Assembly: GCA_050952645.1 (NCBI GenBank)
Contig: JBMNLI010000010.1
Location: 160,001 to 224,000, forward strand
DNA: 64,000 nucleotides
Direction of reading: 5' to 3'
Source of the DNA: Bdellovibrionota bacterium
GTDB taxonomy: Bacteria; Bdellovibrionota_C; UBA2361; CAKMMH01
The position numbers and the translations under genes were made by a program. This document shows positions 42,382 through 52,150 of the stretch, one piece after another; the first letter of the stretch is position 1, and every line of letters begins with the position of its first letter. The notes under the pieces were generated by a model that saw nothing but the letters and a program-made list of their open reading frames with translations, had not been told where the DNA came from and made no database searches.

Positions 42382-43701
42382 CTAGCTCTCAAGTAGCCAA
42401 GTTATAATATTTAGAGATTTTATCCCATCATAGCAAGTCTCCATGCCTGTATTTAATGAGAGAACTATTTTTTCATGATTGTCGCTAATTTTTCGCAAAG
42501 GTGCTAACTCTCTCTTACGAACTCTTTCCTCTGCCATCGATTCCGTAACTTGAATATACTGCTTGCTATCTGCTTTAGTAGCTATAAAATCTACTTCAAA
42601 ATTATCTATTTTTCCGATCGCCACATCGAAACCACGCCTTAGCAATTCAAAATAAATTACATTTTCTAAAGAGCGACCACTATCTCTATCCCTAAATCCT
42701 AAAATGAAATTTCTTAATCCTATATCGACTATATAATATTTACCAAGAGTACGAAGAAAATCTTTTCCTTTAATGTCGAATCTTTTTATTTCATAAAAAA
42801 AATACGATTCTAATAATGCACTTACGTATGCCTGAACCGTGTGGGCACTCGGCGTTCCTTTTCTTTTACCATTTTCGAGCATACCTTCATTTACGAGAAC
42901 ATTCCCTATGGAAGAAACTGAAATATTACTACCGATATTATCCGCAAGAAACATTACTATCTTTTTAAATAAAAACCAATCTGTAATTTGCCTTTGCCCT
43001 CTTATCTTCTCTCTTTCTAAAATGTCTCTTACTATTACCGTAGAGTATATACCTTCTAATAAAACTAGCGCTTTTTCTTGATCTAATCCGACATCTACAA
43101 TTCCTGGCATTCCACCAAAACGCATATATGCTTTAAATAAATCTTTAAGTTCATAATGTTCTTTATTTTCATCATAAACTTGTTTTCTTATATCCCCTAA
43201 AGCACTCCTTGTTTCTCTCATTTCAAAACCATGAAAATATAAAAACTCGCTAAATGAAAGTGGAAACATTTTAATTTCTATGCATCTTCCAGATAAATAA
43301 GTTGCATACTCCGAGGAAAGTAGATATGCGTTAGAACCAGTAATGTAAATATCACAATTAAAATCCACTCTAAATGAGTTAATCGCATCTTCCCATTTTG
43401 GAACACGCTGAATCTCATCGAAAAACAAATACATTCTCTTATTTGGAACGATAAGTTTTTTCACGTATTCATAAAGCTCATCGCTATTCATTTTTTTAAA
43501 TACATAAGACTCAAAGTTCATCTTGACAATTTGTTTATCTGAAATGCCATTGTCTTTTAAATAAGAAATCATTAATTTAAGCAAGCTAGATTTTCCGCAT
43601 CTTCTTATACCAGTTATCACCTTTACTAGCTCTGTATCTTTAAAAGCTATTATCTTATTTAAGTATAAGTCTCTTTTTTTAAGTTTACGTGTATTATTCA
43701 T
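42382..43701 (-). CDS. AAA_14 ATPase with DUF4143 domain
   Basis: GIRRCGKS, FFDEIQ, ITGSNA, KYYIVD.G, LENVIY.EL, EVDFIA...YIQV. Confidence 0.92.
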   Translation of the reverse strand: MNNTRKLKKRDLYLNKIIAFKDTELVKVITGIRRCGKSSLLKLMISYLKDNGISDKQIVKMNFESYVFKKMNSDELYEYVKKLIVPNKRMYLFFDEIQRVPKWEDAINSFRVDFNCDIYITGSNAYLLSSEYATYLSGRCIEIKMFPLSFSEFLYFHGFEMRETRSALGDIRKQVYDENKEHYELKDLFKAYMRFGGMPGIVDVGLDQEKALVLLEGIYSTVIVRDILEREKIRGQRQITDWFLFKKIVMFLADNIGSNISVSSIGNVLVNEGMLENGKRKGTPSAHTVQAYVSALLESYFFYEIKRFDIKGKDFLRTLGKYYIVDIGLRNFILGFRDRDSGRSLENVIYFELLRRGFDVAIGKIDNFEVDFIATKADSKQYIQVTESMAEERVRKRELAPLRKISDNHEKIVLSLNTGMETCYDGIKSLNIITWLLES

Positions 43702-43726
43702 TGCCCTACAACCCCTTTTTAATATA

Positions 43727-43785
43727 TATTTATAGCATAAACTTTTAAAATTAATAAGTTTTTGCTATAAATAGCACAAACTTTT
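43727..43785 (-). promoter_or_regulatory. Operator-like inverted repeat plus extra half-site upstream of the second ATPase
   Basis: TATTTATAGCATAAACTT (43727-43744) / AAGTTTTTGCTATAAATA (43756-43773), 17 of 18 match; third half-site ATAGCACAAACTTTT. Confidence 0.6.
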
Positions 43786-44610
43786 AATATTTTAACTTTT
43801 TTTCTATATAAATTTGCTCTATTTTTGTTCTATACTTTTTGCTCTATATTTCTTGCTCTATATTTTAATTTATATTTTAGCTTAGTAGTTTTTTTTAATC
43901 CTTTTTTTAAAAGCAAACCCTTTTTTAGCCTAGTAGCATCAAATATATTAAAGAGAACGTTATTTATAATACTTACATGATGTGTAAGTATTTACAAAAT
44001 ATAACTATTAAATTAAAATCTTAGAACAGATATTTTATTTTAGTTAGAAATTCTTAAATTTAGTGTAAAAGAATTTCTTTGAATTTGACTATTGTGGAAC
44101 TCTTGCAAAATATAAATGCGTAAGTTAAAGAGAGGCAAATATTTTTAAAAAATAATAAGCATTTAACCTACAGGAATTCCAATTTATAAAAAAGTTTTTA
44201 AACTTAAGTTTGTTCTTATAGATAATTTAGTTAGATAATTTAATTAAAGATTATTTTATTATAAATTATTTATAAAGTATTCGCTTAGAATTTTGTCTTA
44301 AGCTTTGCCTTAAGAGGCTATCTTAAGAGGCTTTTGTCTTATTTAGTTTTAGAGTTTAGTTTTAAAGTTTTAGTCTTAGGGCGTTTAAGACTTAGAAGCT
44401 AAGTGATTTTTAATAACAGATTTTAAATAACAGATTTTAAATAACAGATTTTAATGAGCATTTTTATTTAATAATTTATTTAATGATGATTTTAAAAGTA
44501 AAAAGAACATATATCAAAAAAACTGATAATAGAAAATTATCCTATACGAATTTTAGGCTAAAAACAAATAGATCAAATAGTCAAATTCCTATAATTATAG
44601 GAGCAAATTT

Positions 44611-46230
44611 ATGGAACGCTATATGCTTATCAATGCAGTTCATCCAGAAGAATGTAGAATTGCGATTATCGAGGGGAACAAGCCTATTGAGCTTGAAATA
44701 GAATCAAATGCTGGAAAAAAATTAAAAGGAAATATTTATAAGGCGAAAATCGCTAGAGTTGAGCCTAGTTTACAAGCGGCATTCGTAGATATAGGTGCTG
44801 AAAGAAATGGATTTTTGCAAATAAACGATATTCACCCATCGTATTTTAAAAAGGGTTATACTAAAAAGAAATCCGTTTCTCAAATAAAAATTCAAGATGT
44901 CGTTGAAACTGGACAAGAGGTAATAGTGCAAGTAGTAAAAGAAGAGCGAGATTTAAAGGGCGCTACATTAACTACCTATCTTTCACTCCCAGGAAGATAC
45001 ATCGTCTTAATGTTAGGAAATGATAAAGGCGGAGTTTCTAGAAAAGGAAGTGCAAACGAAAGAAGCAGGCTAAAAAAACTTACTCAAGAATTGAAACTTC
45101 CAGATGGAATGGGAATTATAATAAGAACCGCTGGGCTTGATAGATCTCATAGCGAACTTTCTAGAGACTTATCGATACAATTAGACCTATGGAACAAGAT
45201 TCAAAATAGAGCTAAAGAATCCTCAACCCCTACTATCCTTTATACAGATGGCGATTTTGCAACGAGAGTTATTAGAGACTACTTTACCCCAGCAGTAAGA
45301 GAGATAGTTATAGATAACCCTAGCACTTATGAGTTAGTAAAAGAGTTTGTGCAAGAGGTTATGCCACGCTATCGCTCTAGAGTAAAATTGTATAACCATC
45401 CAGAGCCTATTTTTACGCATTATAATATCGAAGATAGCGTAATTGAAACTTTTGAAAGAGAGGTAAAACTCCCTTCGGGTGGAGCTATCGTAATAGAACC
45501 AGTCGAAGCGTTAGTTGCTATCGATGTAAACTCTGGAAAGGGTACCGATGGCGAAGGAATTGAAGATACGGCCTTTAGAACTAACATGGAAGCTGCCGAG
45601 GTGATAGCATCCCAGCTTAGGCTAAGAGACTTAGGCGGACTTATAGTAATAGATTTTATAGATATGCTCGACAAAAAGCATCGCATAGAGCTTGAAAAAA
45701 AGATGCTAGAAGTTATAAAGGAAGACAAGGCGAGAATTGAAATAGGCACTCTTTCAAGATTTGGGCTTTTAGAAATGTCTCGCCAAAGGATACGTGCTTC
45801 TCTAGCTAGTCAAAGCCATATTACTTGTCAAAGTTGTAAAGGGCTAGGAAAAATAAGAAACCCAGAACTTATAGCGCTTGAGGTATTAAAGAAAATTCAA
45901 GCAGCCGTTATTTTAGGAAAAGTTTCTTTAGTGCAAGCTAGACTTTCGACTGCTCCTACGGTATTTCTTTTAAACAACAAAAAAAGAGAATTAACTAGAC
46001 TAGAAGCAGAATATGAGGTAAGAATTTTAATCGTTCCAGATGCGAGACTTCGAGTTGACGAGTACGAGTTAGTGCTAAAAGCTCATGAAGATGATGATAA
46101 TGGCAAAAAGCATTTAATCGATAGCAATAAAGCTAAAGAGTTAACGACAAAAAGCAAAAGCACATTTAAAAATAAAAGAAAAACACTTACTAAGAAAAGA
46201 CGTTTCCCCACTAAAAAGGCAGAAAAATAG
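44611..46230 (+). CDS. rne: Ribonuclease E/G family
   Basis: MLINA..PEECRIA, GNIYK...RVEPSLQAAFVD, IDVNSG, LRDLGGLIVIDFIDM, CxxC Zn-link; short C-terminal tail. Confidence 0.92.
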   Translation: MERYMLINAVHPEECRIAIIEGNKPIELEIESNAGKKLKGNIYKAKIARVEPSLQAAFVDIGAERNGFLQINDIHPSYFKKGYTKKKSVSQIKIQDVVETGQEVIVQVVKEERDLKGATLTTYLSLPGRYIVLMLGNDKGGVSRKGSANERSRLKKLTQELKLPDGMGIIIRTAGLDRSHSELSRDLSIQLDLWNKIQNRAKESSTPTILYTDGDFATRVIRDYFTPAVREIVIDNPSTYELVKEFVQEVMPRYRSRVKLYNHPEPIFTHYNIEDSVIETFEREVKLPSGGAIVIEPVEALVAIDVNSGKGTDGEGIEDTAFRTNMEAAEVIASQLRLRDLGGLIVIDFIDMLDKKHRIELEKKMLEVIKEDKARIEIGTLSRFGLLEMSRQRIRASLASQSHITCQSCKGLGKIRNPELIALEVLKKIQAAVILGKVSLVQARLSTAPTVFLLNNKKRELTRLEAEYEVRILIVPDARLRVDEYELVLKAHEDDDNGKKHLIDSNKAKELTTKSKSTFKNKRKTLTKKRRFPTKKAEK

Positions 46231-46233
46231 AGT

Positions 46234-48495
46234 ATGCATTGGGAGAATGAAAAAAATATAACTAAAAAAGAAGAGACCGTAGAAGGCTATATAAAAAGGA
46301 TTCGATTTCAAAACGAAGAAAACGGATTTAGTATTTTAGTAGTTGAAGACGAAGAAGCTTTTGAAGATGTGATAGTTACGGGAACTTCTTTTACAGTTTA
46401 TGAGGGTTGCTACATAGTAGCTTCGGGATATTACGTAGTGCATCCTAAATTTGGTAAACAATTAAAAGCTAGCTCAATTTTAGAAACCATTCCATCGGAT
46501 GTTAAAGGCGTAGAAAAATATTTATCTAGTGGAATTCTTCCTGGCGTTGGAGAAAAAACTGCTCAAAAAATCGTTGGATTACTAGGCAAAAATGCCGTTG
46601 AAAAAATCATAGAAGACCCTTTAGTTTTAAAAAACATAAAAGGGCTTTCAAAAAAAAAGATAGACAGTATTTACAATATTTTATTAAATGAGCAAAACGC
46701 TGGAAAAGCTCTAAGGTTTTTAATCGAGCATAATATAAGCACTGCTCTTGCAAATTTAATTTTTCAAAAGTATGGCGAGAAAAGCATCGAGATAGTTTCA
46801 AACGACCCTTACAGACTTTGCCTTGAAATTTCAGGAATTGGTTTTATAAAGGCGGACGATATAGCCTTTAAAATGGGCTTTGAGAAAAATGATAGACGAC
46901 GAATAAAAGCTGGCATTTCTTATACATTAGAAAAGGCTACGCAAGACGGGCATTGTTATTTAGAAGAAAGTGTTTTAAAAGAAAGAGCAAAACAGCTTTT
47001 AGAGTTAGACGAAGATATCGCTTCGATAGATGTTTTAATAGATGAGCTAACGCAGGAAGATATTTTAATAAGGCGAGATAAGAATATTTTATTAAAAGAG
47101 TTTGACGAAGCAGAAAATTTTATTTCAAAGTATATTATAGAAAAAAGTTTAGTAAAAGATTTAGATTCGCTCTCAGAAAAGTTTATAGACGCCGTTATTC
47201 CTAGAATTGAGCTTTCGCAAGATATAAAATATTCAGATGAGCAAGTAAACGCTATAAAGTCCGTAAATAAAAACAAGGTACTTCTTATAACGGGAGGTCC
47301 TGGGTCTGGAAAGACGACTATTATAAACGGTATTTCTAAAATCTTTTTAGCTGCAGGAAAAACCGTGAAGCTTGCAGCGCCTACGGGAAAGGCGGCACAA
47401 AGGCTAAGCTCTGTTTGTGGAATAAGTGCGCAAACGATACATAGACTATTAAGATACGATCCTATAAATCAAGTATTTTTGCATAATTTAGAAAAGCCGA
47501 TACAGGCCGACATATTTATTATCGACGAGTGTTCTATGATCGACATTCTTCTTGCTAAATCCTTACTAGAAGCCATTCCTAGAACTGCGACGCTAGTAAT
47601 GGTAGGAGACAAAGATCAGCTTCCGCCAGTAGGTCCAGGGAGAGTGTTTGCAGATTTATTAGAGTTAGAGAGCGTGCCTAGAATTTTTTTATCTCAAATT
47701 TTTAGACGAAGTGAAGCATCGAATATAAACCAAGTAGCCTTTAATATAAATAAGGGGCTAACTCCTAGCATTCCTATTCCTGATGGGAACACTAAGTCGG
47801 ACATATTTTTTATCCCTAAGGAGTCTCCTTTTGAGATATCTAATCTTATTGAAAAACTAGTTTCTTATCAGATACCTAATAAGTTCGGTTTTTCGCTAGA
47901 TGATATTATGGTTTTAACTCCTATGAACAAGGGGCCATTAGGAACTACAAGGCTTAACAATAGGCTTCAAAGCATTATAAACCCGATAGAGGCTTTAGGA
48001 AGTGAGCAAGAGATTTTAGTAAACGACACATCGTTTAGGTTAAATGATAGAGTTTGTCAAAGGGTAAATAATTATCAACTAGGAAAATCGGGGGTTTTTA
48101 ATGGCGACACTGGTATTATTACAAGAGTTAACTCTATCACTCAAACGCTTCGAGTGCGGCTTTGGGATGAAGAAGAGGTAGAGTATCAAAAAAACAACTT
48201 AGCACAATTGCAGTTAGCCTATGCGTTAAGCGTCCATCGTTCGCAGGGAAGTGAAATACCGTGTGTCGTTTTAGCACTTCATAGTTGTCATTATACGTTA
48301 TTAGAAAGACAACTTATTTACACTGCTATTACTCGTGCTAAAAATCTTTTAATTATCGTAGGGCAGATGAAAGCTTTAAATTACTCTATAAAAAACCAGC
48401 AAGCTATAAAAAGAAATAGCATGTTAATAGAAAAAACCAAAGCTTTAGCGATGAATACATCTTATGTGAAATTTAAAGAAGAAATAGCAGAATAA
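46234..48495 (+). CDS. recD2: ATP-dependent RecD-like DNA helicase
   Basis: N-terminal OB/HhH region, GGPGSGKTT, APTGKAA, IIDECSM, VGDKDQLP, AYA.SVHRSQGSE, YTAITRAK. Confidence 0.93.
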   Translation: MHWENEKNITKKEETVEGYIKRIRFQNEENGFSILVVEDEEAFEDVIVTGTSFTVYEGCYIVASGYYVVHPKFGKQLKASSILETIPSDVKGVEKYLSSGILPGVGEKTAQKIVGLLGKNAVEKIIEDPLVLKNIKGLSKKKIDSIYNILLNEQNAGKALRFLIEHNISTALANLIFQKYGEKSIEIVSNDPYRLCLEISGIGFIKADDIAFKMGFEKNDRRRIKAGISYTLEKATQDGHCYLEESVLKERAKQLLELDEDIASIDVLIDELTQEDILIRRDKNILLKEFDEAENFISKYIIEKSLVKDLDSLSEKFIDAVIPRIELSQDIKYSDEQVNAIKSVNKNKVLLITGGPGSGKTTIINGISKIFLAAGKTVKLAAPTGKAAQRLSSVCGISAQTIHRLLRYDPINQVFLHNLEKPIQADIFIIDECSMIDILLAKSLLEAIPRTATLVMVGDKDQLPPVGPGRVFADLLELESVPRIFLSQIFRRSEASNINQVAFNINKGLTPSIPIPDGNTKSDIFFIPKESPFEISNLIEKLVSYQIPNKFGFSLDDIMVLTPMNKGPLGTTRLNNRLQSIINPIEALGSEQEILVNDTSFRLNDRVCQRVNNYQLGKSGVFNGDTGIITRVNSITQTLRVRLWDEEEVEYQKNNLAQLQLAYALSVHRSQGSEIPCVVLALHSCHYTLLERQLIYTAITRAKNLLIIVGQMKALNYSIKNQQAIKRNSMLIEKTKALAMNTSYVKFKEEIAE

Positions 48496-48696
48496 AAATA
48501 ACAAAATAAAAGTAGCAGAAATAGTAGAAATAAAAAAACACAAGCGATATCTCTTTTAGACGTTTACAATCCTTAGAGACATCTTTAGATTGCGTTTTGT
48601 ATGTGCGGAATTTTACGCAAATTGTAAGAGCAAAAAGCTTTCAATTTTTCGATACTCCCTCAGCGTGCTTCGACCAAGTTGCTTTGAATTGCTTAT

Positions 48697-48768
48697 CTAC
48701 CAACTCCTTCGGTATAATTCTTCCAAGTGTTCTCGGCTTGCTTCTTCCGCTTCCCAACTATTCATCAT
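48697..48768 (-). CDS. Putative 23-aa small protein MMNSWEAEEASREHLEELYRRSW
   Basis: GGAGG RBS at 48773-48777 upstream of ATG ATG; higher-GC segment between hairpins; below the ORF-track length cutoff. Confidence 0.35.
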   Translation of the reverse strand: MMNSWEAEEASREHLEELYRRSW

Positions 48769-48936
48769 TAAACCTCCAAACGCATAATACGTAGTACTTT
48801 AGGAACAAACTATTAACCAGTGAAAAACGCTTATTATAACTACAACCTTATCATTATTTGCGTCTTTCGCACGAACTTTATACTAGTCGTGCAAATACAC
48901 AAAAATACTTCTTAAAAAAATTAATTTTAAAATCTC

Positions 48937-51153
48937 CTAAAACTTATCTACCCTACACCTAAACAAACTTAAAAAGATGATTGAAAACGCAGAAACCGCT
49001 ACCATTAAAAATATCGGATTGAATGATAAAGCTATAAAAACTAATAACGATATAACTAAATATATAAAAAAATGATTTAAAAACTTTTTATAAGATTTTA
49101 TATAACTAACTATCTTCTCAAAACTTAAAAGATTATCACCAAAAATAACTACACTTAAATTATCCGTCTCACAAATCAAAGGATCAAACACACCGATATT
49201 ATGACGAACCTTTCTCATAACTTGCCTATCAGTCTGTAAATTACTAAAAAATAGCCCCTCTCCTATCGCATCTAATTTATCAAAATAACTCTTTATAGTT
49301 AAACCACCAAAAATATTTGCTAAACCTATACCTGCTCTTTTTCCAAGCTCCTCAACCCTATCTTCCGTCTCAGTGCTAACTAAATAAAAATTATCGCCTT
49401 GCTCACTAACATCTTTTACAAGCTTTTCTAAAGCCAATGTAAACTCTTCTTTAAGATCGAAATACCCTATAACCACATCATTTAACGCTACATAAATCTT
49501 CTTACTTTCCTCTTCTTCAGGCATAAAGTCAGACTCTTGGGCTTGAACTTTCATCTCGATCATAAAAGACTCTTCACCAATAACAAAACGAGCCCCTGCT
49601 AATAGTGCCACTACATTATAATCACTATACTCCACGTAGTCTTCAATTTTATACGCTTTAATTATTTCTTGCTTCTTTGCGATAAATGTATTTAATTTTT
49701 TTAATAATGGATTATCTGATTTAGCAAAAATAGAAAATAAAGCTTCTAATAAATACGCCTCATCTATTCTTTCATCATATAGTCTAAACTTATTTACACG
49801 AAAATCTTTCGAGAAAACTCCATCTGAAAAATCAAATATATAATTTTTAAGCGTTAGAAATTTATCGAGCAAAGATCTTTTAGTTATAAGAATATTACTA
49901 GAAAATGCTTCCTTTAATAAAAATTTTGAAAACGCATTTTTTAAAATAAAAACTTTTAAAAATGAAAATAACACTAAACAAGAAACTAAATATAACAAAA
50001 TAGATTCAAATGAAATTTTAGAAATAAATAAAAAATTTATAGCAAAAGATATTAAACACGCTAAGAAAAAATAAAAATATACTTTCTTATTTAAAATTTG
50101 CTGTTTTTCACAAATAGCATTTTGACACTTAGATATATTATCATAGATGAACGTATCTTCCCACAAATTATCGACTTTAATTATAAGCTCGCCATTTAAA
50201 ATTTTACTTCCACCAAAAGCATAAAGCTTTTTAGTTAGCATATCAGCCTCTGCCTCTCCTGCGTAAATTCTCTTAGAAACTATGGCTTCACCATCTACAA
50301 CCTCGCCATCGAAAGGTAGCGTATCACCAATTTTTACGTATACTAAATCTCCACGCCTTAAATCTTTTAATAGCTTTTTTTGAACCGTTGCACTTTGTAA
50401 ATTATCCGTGCTAGTTATATACACATAATCATCTAGCAAATAATCTTTCTCTATATTTAAACTCTCTTTTACCTTTTTTAAACCTGCTGTAAAACATATA
50501 TTTTCAAATATAAAAACGATAGTACCCCAAAAAAAGAAATTTAAAAATATAGAACTAAAAGGCACAGACACGCTTTTTGTAGCTATTTGAAATGTGGCAT
50601 ATAGCCCAGAGATGATAATAGCTAAAATGGGTGCAAGGGAAATTTTATCTAAAACGCCTAACGTGCTATTTAAATATTTTTGGTATATAGGTTTAAGTAA
50701 ATAATAAGAATTTACTATAAGCACGACTACGCTTAACGCTACTAATCCATTATGCTTATAAGTTTGCGTTAACTCTACCTTACTTAAATAATTTGAAGTG
50801 ATATAAAAAAATAGATACGAAAAGAAAACTGCTAACAAATCGGCAAACGAATAATCACTATCTAAAAGACAACTTTTTTTGTTGTTTAGTTTTTTATTTT
50901 TTTTGTCTGAGAACTCATCATAATCACTCGCCTCTTTCTCTCCTAGTTTTTTACTAGTTTTCTTGCTAGCAAAAGAATTAGAAAAAAAATTAGAAAAAGG
51001 ACTAGCAAGAGGGTCTGTTAAAATACGCCTATCTCTACTTTTTGCACTACTAGCCTCACTGCTAGTTTTGCTTTTATTATTTTTGTTTAAATCATTTTTT
51101 CTTGAAAATTCATCTAAACTACTATCATCTAAACTACTATGATGAGTCCCCAT
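48937..51153 (-). CDS. Degenerate P1B-type (heavy-metal) ATPase-like membrane protein
   Basis: GDTLPFDGEVVDG actuator motif retained; TGES, CPC, DKTGT, HP and GDGxND motifs eroded. Confidence 0.7.
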   Translation of the reverse strand: MGTHHSSLDDSSLDEFSRKNDLNKNNKSKTSSEASSAKSRDRRILTDPLASPFSNFFSNSFASKKTSKKLGEKEASDYDEFSDKKNKKLNNKKSCLLDSDYSFADLLAVFFSYLFFYITSNYLSKVELTQTYKHNGLVALSVVVLIVNSYYLLKPIYQKYLNSTLGVLDKISLAPILAIIISGLYATFQIATKSVSVPFSSIFLNFFFWGTIVFIFENICFTAGLKKVKESLNIEKDYLLDDYVYITSTDNLQSATVQKKLLKDLRRGDLVYVKIGDTLPFDGEVVDGEAIVSKRIYAGEAEADMLTKKLYAFGGSKILNGELIIKVDNLWEDTFIYDNISKCQNAICEKQQILNKKVYFYFFLACLISFAINFLFISKISFESILLYLVSCLVLFSFLKVFILKNAFSKFLLKEAFSSNILITKRSLLDKFLTLKNYIFDFSDGVFSKDFRVNKFRLYDERIDEAYLLEALFSIFAKSDNPLLKKLNTFIAKKQEIIKAYKIEDYVEYSDYNVVALLAGARFVIGEESFMIEMKVQAQESDFMPEEEESKKIYVALNDVVIGYFDLKEEFTLALEKLVKDVSEQGDNFYLVSTETEDRVEELGKRAGIGLANIFGGLTIKSYFDKLDAIGEGLFFSNLQTDRQVMRKVRHNIGVFDPLICETDNLSVVIFGDNLLSFEKIVSYIKSYKKFLNHFFIYLVISLLVFIALSFNPIFLMVAVSAFSIIFLSLFRCRVDKF

Positions 51154-51159
51154 GATACA

Positions 51160-51366
51160 CTACTCTCCACGAACAAATTTCTTTTTTGTTGGAACTAATT
51201 TTGATTTTTGTTCAAAAAGCACCCTTTTTCCTGCTACTGGATCGTATTTCATTAAAGAAAGTTTTTGTTCGCCTTTATTTTTTTTCTTATTTCTTCTAAC
51301 AGTATAAAAATATCCCGTATCTGCCGAAGACATTAAAAATATAGTTTCTTTTGCAATCTTAGCCAT
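51160..51366 (-). CDS. rpmG: 50S ribosomal protein L33 (Cys-free form, extended C-terminus)
   Basis: I.L.SSA.TGYFYT..N....KL..MKYDPV..KRVLF.; start MAK at 51366. Confidence 0.9.
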   Translation of the reverse strand: MAKIAKETIFLMSSADTGYFYTVRRNKKKNKGEQKLSLMKYDPVAGKRVLFEQKSKLVPTKKKFVRGE

Positions 51367-51583
51367 TTCTACCTTTATATATAAAAAAATCACGTAAACA
51401 ATTTATTTAACAATTTATTTACATTTATGTAATTACAATTATTATAATTAAAACTAAACTTAAATTAAAATTAAAAACGTATCTTACTAATATGCCTTAA
51501 TATTACTAAAGTATCAAGTTTTATAACTAAAAAAAATATATAAAATAACGAAAAAACAAGCTAAAAGGACGAGATAAATAAAT

Positions 51584-52051
51584 ATGTTTAAAGAAAATCA
51601 AATAGTATTCGTAAAAACATTTAGAAAAGAAGGACGAATCGTCAAATCATTAAATAATAACTATTATTTAGTTAATGTTGGGGAGATTTCCATAAAATTG
51701 CGTAGCGATGCACTAGAAAACACCCCGAAAAACATAAATGCAAAGAGCACCGAAACCATCTCAAAAAAGCAAAAAAATAGAAAGAAAGACTCTGAGATTA
51801 GTAAAGCTTACGCAAACTCGATAAAAGTAAAAACCATAGACTTACACGGCGTAAAGGCTAAAGATTTAGAAGAAATAATACTACGTGAAATTAGCAAAGC
51901 GATTCTAGAAGGCTACAAGCAAATAAATTTAATGCATGGAATAGGGCACGGAGTCTTAAAAAACTCACTCCCTAAAATTTTAGATAAAATTAGCGCAGTA
52001 AGCCACTATAGAGAAACGAACAACTTAGGAGTTATGGCAGTGTATCTATAA
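51584..52051 (+). CDS. Smr/MutS2 C-terminal-like protein (KOW-like + Smr)
   Basis: IDLHG and MHGIGHGVLK Smr motifs; N-terminal KOW-like segment. Confidence 0.82.
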   Translation: MFKENQIVFVKTFRKEGRIVKSLNNNYYLVNVGEISIKLRSDALENTPKNINAKSTETISKKQKNRKKDSEISKAYANSIKVKTIDLHGVKAKDLEEIILREISKAILEGYKQINLMHGIGHGVLKNSLPKILDKISAVSHYRETNNLGVMAVYL

Positions 52052-52150
52052 CATATAGAACATATATAGCTAGAAAACGTGTATCTATAAATTTTGACGC
52101 TTTAAGCAAAAGATGGCATTTATTTATTATTCATCATTATTTACAATTAC

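Noticed and set aside
44483..44701. 72-aa ORF overlapping the rne start
   Set aside because: Out-of-frame overlap with rne, which has its own AGGAG RBS; no recognisable features.
190..48699. Amber (TAG) recoding suggested by two open frames past TAG
   Set aside because: TAG ends rne, rpmG, rpsI and others at expected lengths, and no conserved gene has an internal TAG.
48590..48794. Two 65-aa + strand ORFs
   Set aside because: No RBS; the minus strand has the better RBS and ORF signal.
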